Source: Candidatus Woesearchaeota archaeon
Lineage (GTDB): Archaea > Nanobdellota > Nanobdellia > SCGC-AAA011-G17 > JAFCDX01
Length of the DNA stretch: 37,152 nt
Assembly: GCA_018302265.1 (NCBI GenBank)
Contig: JAGVZV010000009.1
Span: 1 to 37,152, forward strand
Direction of reading: 5' to 3'
Shown here: positions 9,038-17,665 of the stretch, piece after piece
Numbering within the stretch: position 1 is the first letter of the stretch
How the letters are laid out: every line of letters starts with the position of its first letter
Translations under genes and position numbers: made by a program
Notes under the pieces: generated by a model
What the model was told of the DNA's origin: nothing
Databases searched by the model: none
The model's input: the letters and a program-made list of their open reading frames with translations, nothing else

Positions 9038-11011
9038 TTTTTGATATTGAAGAGTATAATAGATTAAGAGACTCGTATGTTCCTGGGATGTGGTCTGCCA
9101 TTGTATAGAATGTAATTGAATCCTTCTGGTATAAACCCTCTCTTGTCAGATCCCATGTGAAATCAGCTCCGCCCTTCAGCACTTCATTAACAACAATATC
9201 ATCTATTTTTGTTGTTATACACTGCCTGTCTTTTAGCAATCCTCCCCAGATTGTATTTTTTGGAGTTTCAACACACTTTTCTATTTTTTGTCCGCGTATT
9301 GTTATTGGCCATGTGCTGTTCCCGATGATGAAAGATTTAACATCATAAGTTCCAGGAATTAAATCTATTTCAGTATTTCCCGGATAGACAAAGGACGTTG
9401 AAAAATCATTATCCTGATTCTTCAATTCAAATATGATGGTTTCTGAATCATAAGGGTCCCTTATTGTCCCATCGTCTTTTTCAATTAATTTAACGCTTAT
9501 TTTTTTAGTTTTATAAGGCTCAAGTATTAAAGAGACAACCTGCGGCTCATTTGTCGAAGCAAATTGCTGCGCATCATAATACCCTGCCTTTTCCCCCATT
9601 ACTAAACCATTAAGACACTGTGGGAACAATGCTGTAAGTGATCCTTCTTCACTTTCTCCGGTAATTCCAATCTCGCATTTGGTGGTAATGCACTTGTATC
9701 TAATGTCCACTCCTGATAATGGAACAAGCAATCCATTTTCATTTGCTGCAAATGTGTAAACACTGACATTTGTCAGAGGATATTTGCATATTGGAAACTT
9801 AAAGTCCGGCTGGTCATATGTCCCAAATACATTTTTCTTTGGCTGGTTATTATCAATGATTATCAGATTAGCAAACTGGAATGAAAATCCCTGGCCATCC
9901 AATGCGCTGGGATCAATTAAACTCATGAGAACAGGGAATTTTACATCGTAAACAAAGTGCCAGTTATTAATGCATAAAACAGAGCTTAAAATTCCAGAGA
10001 CTTGGTCTGAGAATTTTTGCGTCAATTGATCGCTCTTCATGATATTGCCTTCAGAAGGAAAAACATCAACGACCATTGGCCATCTAGAAGAATATAAGAA
10101 CGAGGATTGTAAATTTGCCACACTCATTCCTGGATCGATATCAAAATACTCATTGTCAGGATTTGGGTCTTCGTATGCTCCCTTCAAGCGTACAGCATTT
10201 ATGTTACTTGAAATAATACTTTTCATGCTCCTTATTACATCCTGTTTTTTCCAGACGCTTTTTGTACAGCTAAATTCTGTGCCAGAAACAGGAATCTCAG
10301 GGAAGGCAACCATTGCATCAAATGCTTTTTCTTCAAAGAAGTTTGTCTTATCCTCTTCTGCCTGGACATTCTTTGCTATTTTGTACATTCTTCCAAATGG
10401 AACTTCCAGATTGGATATGATTGGATAATCATCCAGATTAAAAGTCAAGCCCTTTGTGGTTATTTTAATTGGATCCAGATTAAAAGTCAAGCCCTTTGTG
10501 GTTATTTTAATTGGAAGCGTTACTTTGGAAATAACATTCTCGTCCTGTATTAAAACATCTGATTTAATATTGTAATTAACATCAAACTCGTATCCCTGCT
10601 CAGCAAAATCACTAAGGATTTCAGTACAAGATTTAATATTCAAGATCAAATAATTCTCAAGCTGTTTTCTTATTTCTTCCAGCGCAGGCACTTGTCTTGT
10701 CTGGATTCCATTGGCTGTTTCATAAAACCAGTACGGAACTTCTATTCCAGGAGAGAGTTCAAGCGTGCTGGAAAAAGGCCTTTCTGGATTTAGCCAGCCA
10801 GTGTCACTGCTTCTGCTGTTAAAAGTTTTAAGCATGAATCAAAGTGCTCTTTTACTGATTTTATCTGCTCCGGCACTTGAGCTGCTCTTTCAGCCTCTCT
10901 TTCCAAAGCAGTTTTTAGTATATACTGATTAACAACAAAAACACTGCCTATTACAAGAAGTATTATCAAACCCGCTATCATAAAAGTAGTTACCTGCCCT
11001 CTTTTTTCCAT
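9003..11011 (-). pseudogene. Class III signal (prepilin-like) large surface protein split by a frameshift near 10790-10801 (track ORFs 10790..11023 and 9003..10835); real lesion or assembly error
   Basis: N part MEKRG/QVTTFMIAGLIILLVIG...HFDSCL...AVTLAG* stops at CTGGCTGGCTAA; the -1 frame continues GWLNPERPF... for ~600 aa; TATA ~25 nt upstream of ATG 11011. Confidence 0.7.
10431..10514. repeat. Perfect 42-bp tandem duplication (2 copies), in frame (PIKITTKGLTFNLD x2)
   Basis: atccagattaaaagtcaagccctttgtggttattttaattgg at 10431-10472 and 10473-10514. Confidence 0.97.
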
Positions 11012-11032
11012 GTTTATACTCAATAAAACAAG

Positions 11033-11042
11033 GTATATAAAG
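11033..11042. promoter_or_regulatory. Likely shared bidirectional TATA element between divergent genes (ATG 11011 on -, ATG 11064 on +)
   Basis: GTATATAAAG lies about 21 nt from both start codons in a 52-bp gap, consistent with leaderless transcripts. Confidence 0.5.
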
Positions 11043-11063
11043 TTTTTGAATAGTTATTTAAAG

Positions 11064-12257
11064 ATGTTAAAAAAGCCTGAATTGCTAAGCCCTGTATCTG
11101 ACTTTACCAGTCTTGTTTCTGCTATAAATGCAGGAGCTGATTCTGTATATTTTGGATTAAAAGAACTGAACATGAGGATAAATGCAAAAAATTTTAGCCT
11201 GAGTGAGATAAAAAAAGTTGTCAAGATTTGTCATAGGCACAAAATAAAGGCGTACCTAGCATTAAACACAATTATTTATGATTCTGAGATTAAAAAAGTA
11301 ATTAAAATACTAAAAAAGGCAAAAGAATTAAGGATTGATGCAGTAATTTGCTGGGATAATGCGGTTATTTTAGAAGCAAAAAAATTAAAGATTCCAGTTC
11401 ACATTAGCACACAGGCATCTGTTTCAAATTCTGAATCAGCTAAATTTTATAGATTTCTTGGAGCAAAGAGAATTGTTTTAGCAAGAGAATTAAGTCTGGA
11501 ACAGATTAAAAAGATAAAGAAGGATGCTGATATTGAGATTGAGTGTTTTATTCATGGAGCAATGTGTGTTTCAATATCCGGAAGATGCTTCATGAGCCAG
11601 TTTGTTTTTGGAAAATCAGCCAATAGGGGAGATTGTATACAGCCCTGCAGAAGAAGATACTTGTTAAAGGACATTGAAGAGGGTTATGAACTGGAACTTG
11701 GAAATAATCATGTTCTCAGTCCAAAGGATTTATGCACACTACCATTTATTGAAAAACTGATAGAATCAAATATAGATGCATTCAAGATAGAGGGGCGTTC
11801 AAGAAGCCCTGAATATGTCAAGGTTGTTACTGAATGCTACAGGAAGGCGATAGATGCCTATTTTGAAAATAAGTTAACAAAGGAATTAAAAAATAGACTG
11901 ATGCAAGAACTGAAAAAAGTCTACAATCGAGGTTTCAGTTCTGGATTTTATTTAGGGAAGCCAATAAATGAGTTTATAGAATCTGACAACCAGTCAAAAA
12001 CAAAGAAGGTTTTCATAGGGATTATAAACAATTATTACAAAAGGAATGGAGTTGCTGAATTCAAACTGTTTACAGGGAAACTGAAAGTTGGTGATACAAT
12101 AATGATACAAGGACCAACAACAGGGGTCATAGAACAAAAAGTAAGATCAATAGAAATAGAACATAAAAATATCAGTTCGGTAAAAAAGGGAAATAGCTTT
12201 GGAATAAAAATAGATAAAAACGTAAGAAAAAACGACAAGGTTTTCTTGATGAAATAA
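11064..12257 (+). CDS. Peptidase U32 family Fe-S protein (TrhP/RlhA-like RNA hydroxylase family)
   Basis: PELLSP, GAD.VY.G, H.STQ, LAREL, HGAMC...SGRC, NRG.C.Q.CR, SPKDL, KIEGR motifs; start moved to ATG 11064 (MLKKPELL). Confidence 0.9.
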   Translation: MLKKPELLSPVSDFTSLVSAINAGADSVYFGLKELNMRINAKNFSLSEIKKVVKICHRHKIKAYLALNTIIYDSEIKKVIKILKKAKELRIDAVICWDNAVILEAKKLKIPVHISTQASVSNSESAKFYRFLGAKRIVLARELSLEQIKKIKKDADIEIECFIHGAMCVSISGRCFMSQFVFGKSANRGDCIQPCRRRYLLKDIEEGYELELGNNHVLSPKDLCTLPFIEKLIESNIDAFKIEGRSRSPEYVKVVTECYRKAIDAYFENKLTKELKNRLMQELKKVYNRGFSSGFYLGKPINEFIESDNQSKTKKVFIGIINNYYKRNGVAEFKLFTGKLKVGDTIMIQGPTTGVIEQKVRSIEIEHKNISSVKKGNSFGIKIDKNVRKNDKVFLMK

Positions 12258-12258
12258 A

Positions 12259-12356
12259 TGGGCCCGAGGAGATTCGAACTCCTGATCTTCGCTACGTCCT
12301 CGCCTGAATTTGTTTGCATCCAAAAAGCGACGTCTTAGCCACTGGACTACGAGCCC
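12259..12356 (-). tRNA. tRNA-Val(GAC) with a 25-nt intron at 33/34 (12299-12323); reads as Gln(UUG) if a canonical 37/38 intron is assumed
   Basis: Acceptor GGGCTCG/CGGGCCC, A73, stem TCGCT/AGCGA. BHB for 33/34: outer ACGT/ACGT, central CGCT/GGCG, inner TGGAT/ATTCA, bulges TT^T and AG^G. Body is Val-like (G1-C72). Confidence 0.82.
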
Positions 12357-12391
12357 TTGATTAAAATAAAAATTAAGAATTTATAAAAGTA

Positions 12392-12476
12392 AGCCTCTAG
12401 GGGGATTTGAACCCCCAACCTACTGCTTACAAGGCAACTAAGCTTTTCATTTGCTCTGCCATTGAGCTATAGAGGC
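12392..12476 (-). tRNA. tRNA-Thr(UGU) with a 13-nt intron at 27/28 (12438-12450)
   Basis: Acceptor GCCTCTA/TAGAGGC, U73, loop CT-TGT-AA. BHB central GAGC/GCTT, bulges AA^A and AG^T, outer GGCA/TGCC. Confidence 0.92.
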
Positions 12477-12512
12477 ATAATAAAACTCAAGAAAAACAGT
12501 TTAAATAAATTT

Positions 12513-13082
12513 CTATTTCACTCTTTTTATAGTCTTTACAAGAACATAAGAAAGAGGATAAATCAGCTTTAATTCCTTGTGCATATTCTTCTGGAATTCA
12601 AGGCTAACTACCATATTCATCAACTCATTATAATTATTATTCTGGACATGGGTTATTAAAAACTCCTTCATTTTAGCTCTTACAGCAGTCATAACAGAAT
12701 TCTTCGTATCAAACTTTGTTAGCGCCAGTGCCTTGATTATTATATCTACACCATCTTTTGTCTTTAACTGAAGAGACTGCTCTATCCTTACTTTAGTCAT
12801 TCTGTTCAACCTCTTTAAGTATGATGGAACCAGACTATAACCAAACATCTCAGTAATTGCCTTATTTTCTCTTATTGAAGTAACCTTAAGAACAACATTC
12901 ATATTTTGCTTTTTTGGATCATCAGTTATAATAGACAGAGTCATGGTTATTAATTTATTTAGAACTTGTTCGGGTAAGTACACATTAGTCTCTCCAACTT
13001 CCCTAGATCTAAACATTTCTGGGGCGACTATTGAAACCCATATCTTCTTTGCCTTTTTCTTTAGTGCTTCTGATATTGCCAT
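12513..13082 (-). CDS. rps3ae: 30S ribosomal protein S3Ae (eS1)
   Basis: K.W..I.AP.MF...VGET, TKDG, IYPL motifs; conserved uS15-DHH-eS1 neighbourhood. Confidence 0.88.
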   Translation of the reverse strand: MAISEALKKKAKKIWVSIVAPEMFRSREVGETNVYLPEQVLNKLITMTLSIITDDPKKQNMNVVLKVTSIRENKAITEMFGYSLVPSYLKRLNRMTKVRIEQSLQLKTKDGVDIIIKALALTKFDTKNSVMTAVRAKMKEFLITHVQNNNYNELMNMVVSLEFQKNMHKELKLIYPLSYVLVKTIKRVK

Positions 13083-13116
13083 ATTTTTTTCCTAAAAATA
13101 AGATTAATAAAGCTTT

Positions 13117-14520
13117 CTATTCAATTCCTGACAGAACCTCTTTTATAGCTTTTATAAATTCCTGCTCCTTATCCATAGTCAATAAACACCCGGCAGCGCT
13201 AGTATGGCCGCCAGATTGGATATCCACTTTTTCATGTATTTTATCCAATAATTTCTTCATGTCTATAGTGGAATTTACTCCCCTCACAGACACCTTTATC
13301 TCATCATCAGATGTATAAGCCATTGCTATGATGAGTGTTCCATCGGGGTACAGATTAGATTTAGATATTATGCTGGTTAAAACCCCCACAAGAGTATCAC
13401 GAATATTATGCTCTGTGTTAAACAAAACGAAATTCTTCTCTTCCAGGACAAGGCCTTCTTTTCTTTTTGCATAGAACCAATTTAACGCGTTTATTATTTC
13501 ACGCTTGTAATCCATCAACAGACTGAATGCCTTTGTTTTTGAGTTTTTATCATCCAAGCAGACTCCAATCCCCAGGCTTGGCTTTCCCAGTTTACCACAT
13601 GCATTTAACAGTGTAGCAAACTCTCTTGCATTTCTTGTTGGAGATTGTTCATCTTCATTAACGAAGGTATAAATTTCACCAAGAACATCTTCTGGATTTT
13701 CCTCGCTGCCCATCCTTCTTAACACAATTCCTGTAACCAAATTTTTAAATTCACTCTGGTTTAAGTCGCATAATCTTCTCCATTTATTATCGGCGGTTTT
13801 AACAGGGATGTTTAATTCATTAAGCAACTGTATTGCTCCCTCTTCAGAACCAGTAACTCCTGGGATAAATGGATCTGTGCTATATTCCAATAATTTATGA
13901 ACAGGTCGTGTTTGCGCACCAAACATCCTTAATCCAATCTCTATTTTTAATTTTCCTGATATTTCTGCATCTTTAATGATCTCTTGATTAATTCCGCTAA
14001 ATTTTTTTGTATCATTAATATAATCCTCTTGTATGTCTCCTATGGCCCCCACAAGAGCCAAGTGAGCCATGTCCTTGTTTATATCATTCAGGAATTTAGA
14101 GAACAAATAAACAACACCCGAACCGGCTATTTCCTTTGTCCCATCAATGCCAAAAGCATGCGGATTTACCAGATTTAAATCTGTAGTCAGCTTTTCAGGG
14201 ATATGGTGGTCCAATATAAATACCTGCCTGTTAACCAGCGCCTTTTCTATCTCGCTGATTGAGCCAGAACCCAAATCTGTGAAAAAATAGATTTTATAAT
14301 TTTCATTTGAGAATTCATTCATCCTTTGCTTGGAAATCTGTTTTATTATTGACAAAGAAAATTTTATATTTTCTCTCATGAAAGCCTTGGCAAGTATAGA
14401 AGCTGCTGCTATGCCATCTGCATCAAGATGGGAAATAATCCTGACTGGAGTTTTTTCCAGAGATTTAAATTTCTCAACAATGTTGTTGATATGATGATAA
14501 AATTCGTTATACTTATCCAT
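13117..14520 (-). CDS. DHH-DHHA1 phosphoesterase (archaeal RecJ-like nuclease)
   Basis: SH.DADG, TDLGSG, LDHH, GA.GD.Q, NACG, S.R and GGH..AAG motifs. Confidence 0.92.
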   Translation of the reverse strand: MDKYNEFYHHINNIVEKFKSLEKTPVRIISHLDADGIAAASILAKAFMRENIKFSLSIIKQISKQRMNEFSNENYKIYFFTDLGSGSISEIEKALVNRQVFILDHHIPEKLTTDLNLVNPHAFGIDGTKEIAGSGVVYLFSKFLNDINKDMAHLALVGAIGDIQEDYINDTKKFSGINQEIIKDAEISGKLKIEIGLRMFGAQTRPVHKLLEYSTDPFIPGVTGSEEGAIQLLNELNIPVKTADNKWRRLCDLNQSEFKNLVTGIVLRRMGSEENPEDVLGEIYTFVNEDEQSPTRNAREFATLLNACGKLGKPSLGIGVCLDDKNSKTKAFSLLMDYKREIINALNWFYAKRKEGLVLEEKNFVLFNTEHNIRDTLVGVLTSIISKSNLYPDGTLIIAMAYTSDDEIKVSVRGVNSTIDMKKLLDKIHEKVDIQSGGHTSAAGCLLTMDKEQEFIKAIKEVLSGIE

Positions 14521-14525
14521 TATAA

Positions 14526-14987
14526 TCAGCCTAAACCGATAAGCAATTTGGCCTTGGATCTGTCATATTTCCAGTCTTTGGGTATTCTGCCCGATTTTTT
14601 GTAATATTTTGATAATCTGTGAATTTTGGACTCGGTCAATTCTAATCCGCGTTTAGCAGGAATATCTTTTTTATTATTTTCCAGGTGCTTTGAAATTGTG
14701 ATTTCTTTTTTTATCAGCGCTACAAGATCTTCCGGAATATTTCCAAGAACCTTGTTTTCTTTTAGTATTTGGGATATCTTTTTGTTGAGTATGACTTGGA
14801 CATCGGGGATGCCATAACTATCTCTCAGAATAACCCCTATCTGGCTTGTGGTTTTTTCTTCCTTGACTAATTTAAGTATAATCTGCTCTATTTCCTTTTC
14901 CTTGTATCTTATCCAAGTAGGCTTTACTTGTTTGGATGGTTTCTTTGAACCAGATTTTCCTTTTTTCCTGCTGTGCATTCTTGCCAT
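14526..14987 (-). CDS. rps15: 30S ribosomal protein S15 (uS15/S13e)
   Basis: MARMHSRKKGKSGS, IG..LRD.YGIP, PEDL, ESKI.RL..YYK. Confidence 0.97.
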   Translation of the reverse strand: MARMHSRKKGKSGSKKPSKQVKPTWIRYKEKEIEQIILKLVKEEKTTSQIGVILRDSYGIPDVQVILNKKISQILKENKVLGNIPEDLVALIKKEITISKHLENNKKDIPAKRGLELTESKIHRLSKYYKKSGRIPKDWKYDRSKAKLLIGLG

Positions 14988-15172
14988 TTTAATATGAAAC
15001 CGAGAACATGCTTATTGGTATAAACAAGCCTTAACCGGTTTATCCTACTTTTTCTTATAGAAAGTATTTATAAAACTATCTTTTTAGAATAAGATTAACA
15101 ATTATCTTCTCTTTTTAATCTTCGGTTGGATCCATATTTATTCTTAGTTTTTAGAATATATAAAGATTTTGA

Positions 15173-15261
15173 TAGCCCTAGGAGGATTCGAACCTCCGTC
15201 ACAGGCTGACCTTGTTTAATACTCCAAAGGCCCGTATCCTTGGCCACTAGACTATAGGGCT
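15173..15261 (-). tRNA. tRNA-Gln(UUG) with a canonical 16-nt intron at 37/38 (15208-15223)
   Basis: A1-U72 acceptor AGCCCTA/TAGGGCT typical of archaeal tRNA-Gln; stem CGGGC/GCCTG, loop CT-TTG-G^A; BHB central CTTT/AAGG. Confidence 0.95.
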
Positions 15262-15352
15262 ATTATTGAATAGATTGAAATTATACTTTTAAATCTTTGT
15301 ATAAATTTCGAACGGTAGTAATACTTATATATTAAATAAACTTAGATTATAT

Positions 15353-16216
15353 ATGAAAGAATTAGATAATTTATCAAAAAAAGAACTTCTACAGTTATTA
15401 TCGATAATTGTTTTAAGTGATGGAACTATAGCCAAAAAGAAACAATATTTGGGTCCAATTAAATTAGAAACTGTATATTATAATAAATGTCAACACAGTA
15501 TGTTTAAACAGATATGTAAAAAATTATTCAATAAAGAATTACATGAATATATTTACTTATGTAATAATAAAAAAATAATAAGTTCTAGATTATATGGAAA
15601 AAAATATGTAAAAGAATTATTGAGATTATCTCCTTCTTACCAAACTTCTCCAGGACCTATTTTATCCAAAAAAGAGTTTTTAGATTCTGCACAACCTTCT
15701 ATAAAACATATTTTAGAAAATAAAAATATTAAATTAAAACGATTAGCATTAAGAACGTATTTTGATTTTGATGGTAGTATAGTTCCATCATTTTATATGA
15801 AATATAAAAAAGATAAAAAGAATGGAAAAATATATTCTTATTATCAGATACAATTTGAATGCCCTGTTTATATATCAGAAACTAATCCTTATTTAATTAA
15901 AGAATTAGTAGTTCTTTGTAAAAATTTAGGATTAAATGCGGTAATTAAAAAGGATAAGAGAAATTGGAGTGGAATAGAAGGGTTAAGAATTTCTGAATTA
16001 AAAAGTATTAAAAAATTTATAAGTTGGGGTGGTCCAATCAGCGGAGTTAAAATATCATTAAAAAGTCATAGATTTTTTGGGAAAACTAAAAAATTAATTT
16101 GTAATAGAATAAATTATATCTTAAATAAAGGGATACCCCTATCTTATTATTTTAAAGATGAGAAGGGAGCTTTAGAAAAGAAAAAAGAATTAGATAAATT
16201 ACTCTTTTTGAAATAA
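15353..16216 (+). CDS. Free-standing double-motif LAGLIDADG homing-endonuclease-like protein
   Basis: Motifs LSIIVLSDGTI and LRTYFDFDGSI; Lys-rich; visibly more AT-rich than its neighbours; divergent from tRNA-Gln. Confidence 0.72.
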   Translation: MKELDNLSKKELLQLLSIIVLSDGTIAKKKQYLGPIKLETVYYNKCQHSMFKQICKKLFNKELHEYIYLCNNKKIISSRLYGKKYVKELLRLSPSYQTSPGPILSKKEFLDSAQPSIKHILENKNIKLKRLALRTYFDFDGSIVPSFYMKYKKDKKNGKIYSYYQIQFECPVYISETNPYLIKELVVLCKNLGLNAVIKKDKRNWSGIEGLRISELKSIKKFISWGGPISGVKISLKSHRFFGKTKKLICNRINYILNKGIPLSYYFKDEKGALEKKKELDKLLFLK

Positions 16217-16218
16217 GT

Positions 16219-16674
16219 TTATAAAACCATTTTAAGAAGATAAAACACATCAAATCCGCTTAATAATAAAAATAATATAATCTCCAAAAATGTTCCTGTC
16301 TTAATAAAACCAGACACTCTAAAAGTCGTGAATGGATGCAAGAAATTAATTCCTTCTGGTGTAAATGCATCTATTAAAATATGAGATGAATAACCAACAA
16401 GTGCTGCAATTCCAAGCAGATTATAGCTCAAATAATTAAATAATAAGAATAATCCTATTGGAGGAAATATAGTATGTAAAATTCCTCTATGATCAAATAT
16501 TTTTGAAATAAATTTTACGTGCTTTCCTATTTTTGAATCCCTATTGTCTATATCGGGGACTAAAGAAACAAAACAAGCAACAAAAATAAACAACACAAGA
16601 CTTGATGGATGCAAGTATTTAGCAGATACCAAAGATGCCATCAAGGCAAATGCGACATGAGTGTAAAACATCAT
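16219..16674 (-). CDS. YdjM/DUF457-like membrane-bound metal-dependent hydrolase
   Basis: TH, PDID, HRG.LH, GY.SH...D..T..G motifs; ATGA overlap with the RPA stop. Confidence 0.85.
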   Translation of the reverse strand: MMFYTHVAFALMASLVSAKYLHPSSLVLFIFVACFVSLVPDIDNRDSKIGKHVKFISKIFDHRGILHTIFPPIGLFLLFNYLSYNLLGIAALVGYSSHILIDAFTPEGINFLHPFTTFRVSGFIKTGTFLEIILFLLLSGFDVFYLLKMVL

Positions 16675-17651
16675 TTTATTACTGACTGTGCTATTTCAAC
16701 TGGATCTGCCTCTTCTATTCTATTGGCTACGAACTCCAGCCTGTTAAACATCTCGTTTCTAGTAACACGACCCTTGATTATTAATTGTTTTCCAAGAATC
16801 TCCAATTTTAATTTATCAAATTTTTCGGGTGAAGTTTTTATTTCTTGTATTTCATCCATTGTTTTCTCCAGCAAGTATTCTGCCTGTTCTCTGAATGCCA
16901 CTATACGAATATTAGCTGTGGAATCATCAAAGAAGAAATTTACAAGCGGAACTTGCTTTGGGCTTATTACCCCGTGTTCAGCGCAATTAAAATTTCCCTC
17001 ATTACTTTTTACTCTTTTTCCGCAAGTAGGGCAGACTTCATAAGATCGTGGCTCAAATAATTGCACTACTGTCCCGATAATTTCCACATGGTCATCTGGG
17101 TTTAATTCAGATATATTCTTTCTTAGTAATTGCTGTCTTACTAAAACATTGTCTATGGTTTCTCCTTCTGGATTTATTATTAATTGAGCATTATTCCCAA
17201 AATGTAATTCTTTAAAGCCATTGTTTTCCTTACAGTAAGCTCCCTTGATTTTTACTATATCTCCCTCTTTTAATGATTTTAAGGCATCAATTGCAGTTTC
17301 ATCCCATAAGACTAATCTGGTTGTTCCAGTTTCATCACCTATAAGGATAGAAGCGACCCTTGATTTTTTTCCGTTTCTTATAAATTCACGGGTTTCATAA
17401 ATGCTCATAACCTTAGCTGTTATCCCGACTAGTTTCATTCCTGGAAGAACATCTTTTATCTTCAGAAATTGGGGTATTGTTATTAATTTCACCCCTAATT
17501 CATTTGCAACTATATGCGCTGCTCCTTCCTTGCTTATCAGATCAGAAAGGTCTTTTAATTTTATCTTTATCTTCTGGTCTAACTCTTCTTTAGAAATATT
17601 AGTCTTTTCTAGAATTACACTAATTATCTGTTCGTATGTTAAATTAAACAA
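16671..17651 (-). CDS. rpa: Replication protein A / OB-fold ssDNA-binding protein with zinc finger
   Basis: GAAHIVANELGV N-domain, GDETG...LVLW OB fold, CPTC...CAEHG finger, DDST..IR..AF. Start moved to TTG 17651 behind AGGGG (track start 17723). Confidence 0.82.
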   Translation of the reverse strand: MFNLTYEQIISVILEKTNISKEELDQKIKIKLKDLSDLISKEGAAHIVANELGVKLITIPQFLKIKDVLPGMKLVGITAKVMSIYETREFIRNGKKSRVASILIGDETGTTRLVLWDETAIDALKSLKEGDIVKIKGAYCKENNGFKELHFGNNAQLIINPEGETIDNVLVRQQLLRKNISELNPDDHVEIIGTVVQLFEPRSYEVCPTCGKRVKSNEGNFNCAEHGVISPKQVPLVNFFFDDSTANIRIVAFREQAEYLLEKTMDEIQEIKTSPEKFDKLKLEILGKQLIIKGRVTRNEMFNRLEFVANRIEEADPVEIAQSVIK

Positions 17652-17665
17652 TTTTATGACCCCTT

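Noticed and set aside
3167..10428. Plus-strand ORFs of 60-154 aa opposite the giant genes (similar shadows at 13031, 16609-17772, 20276-21181, 22370-28228, 29506-30320, 32361-33172, 34318)
   Set aside because: Antisense shadows of well-supported genes, with Ser/Phe/Ile-biased composition and no motifs
10790..10835. Programmed -1 ribosomal frameshift
   Set aside because: No X-XXY-YYZ slippery site in the overlap; a microhomology deletion or assembly error explains it better
12035..12319. 94-aa minus-strand ORF
   Set aside because: Overlaps tRNA-Val and is antisense to the U32 gene
12259..12356. Primary annotation as a second tRNA-Gln(UUG)
   Set aside because: G1-C72 Val-like body, a stronger BHB at 33/34, and a genuine Gln(UUG) at 15173-15261
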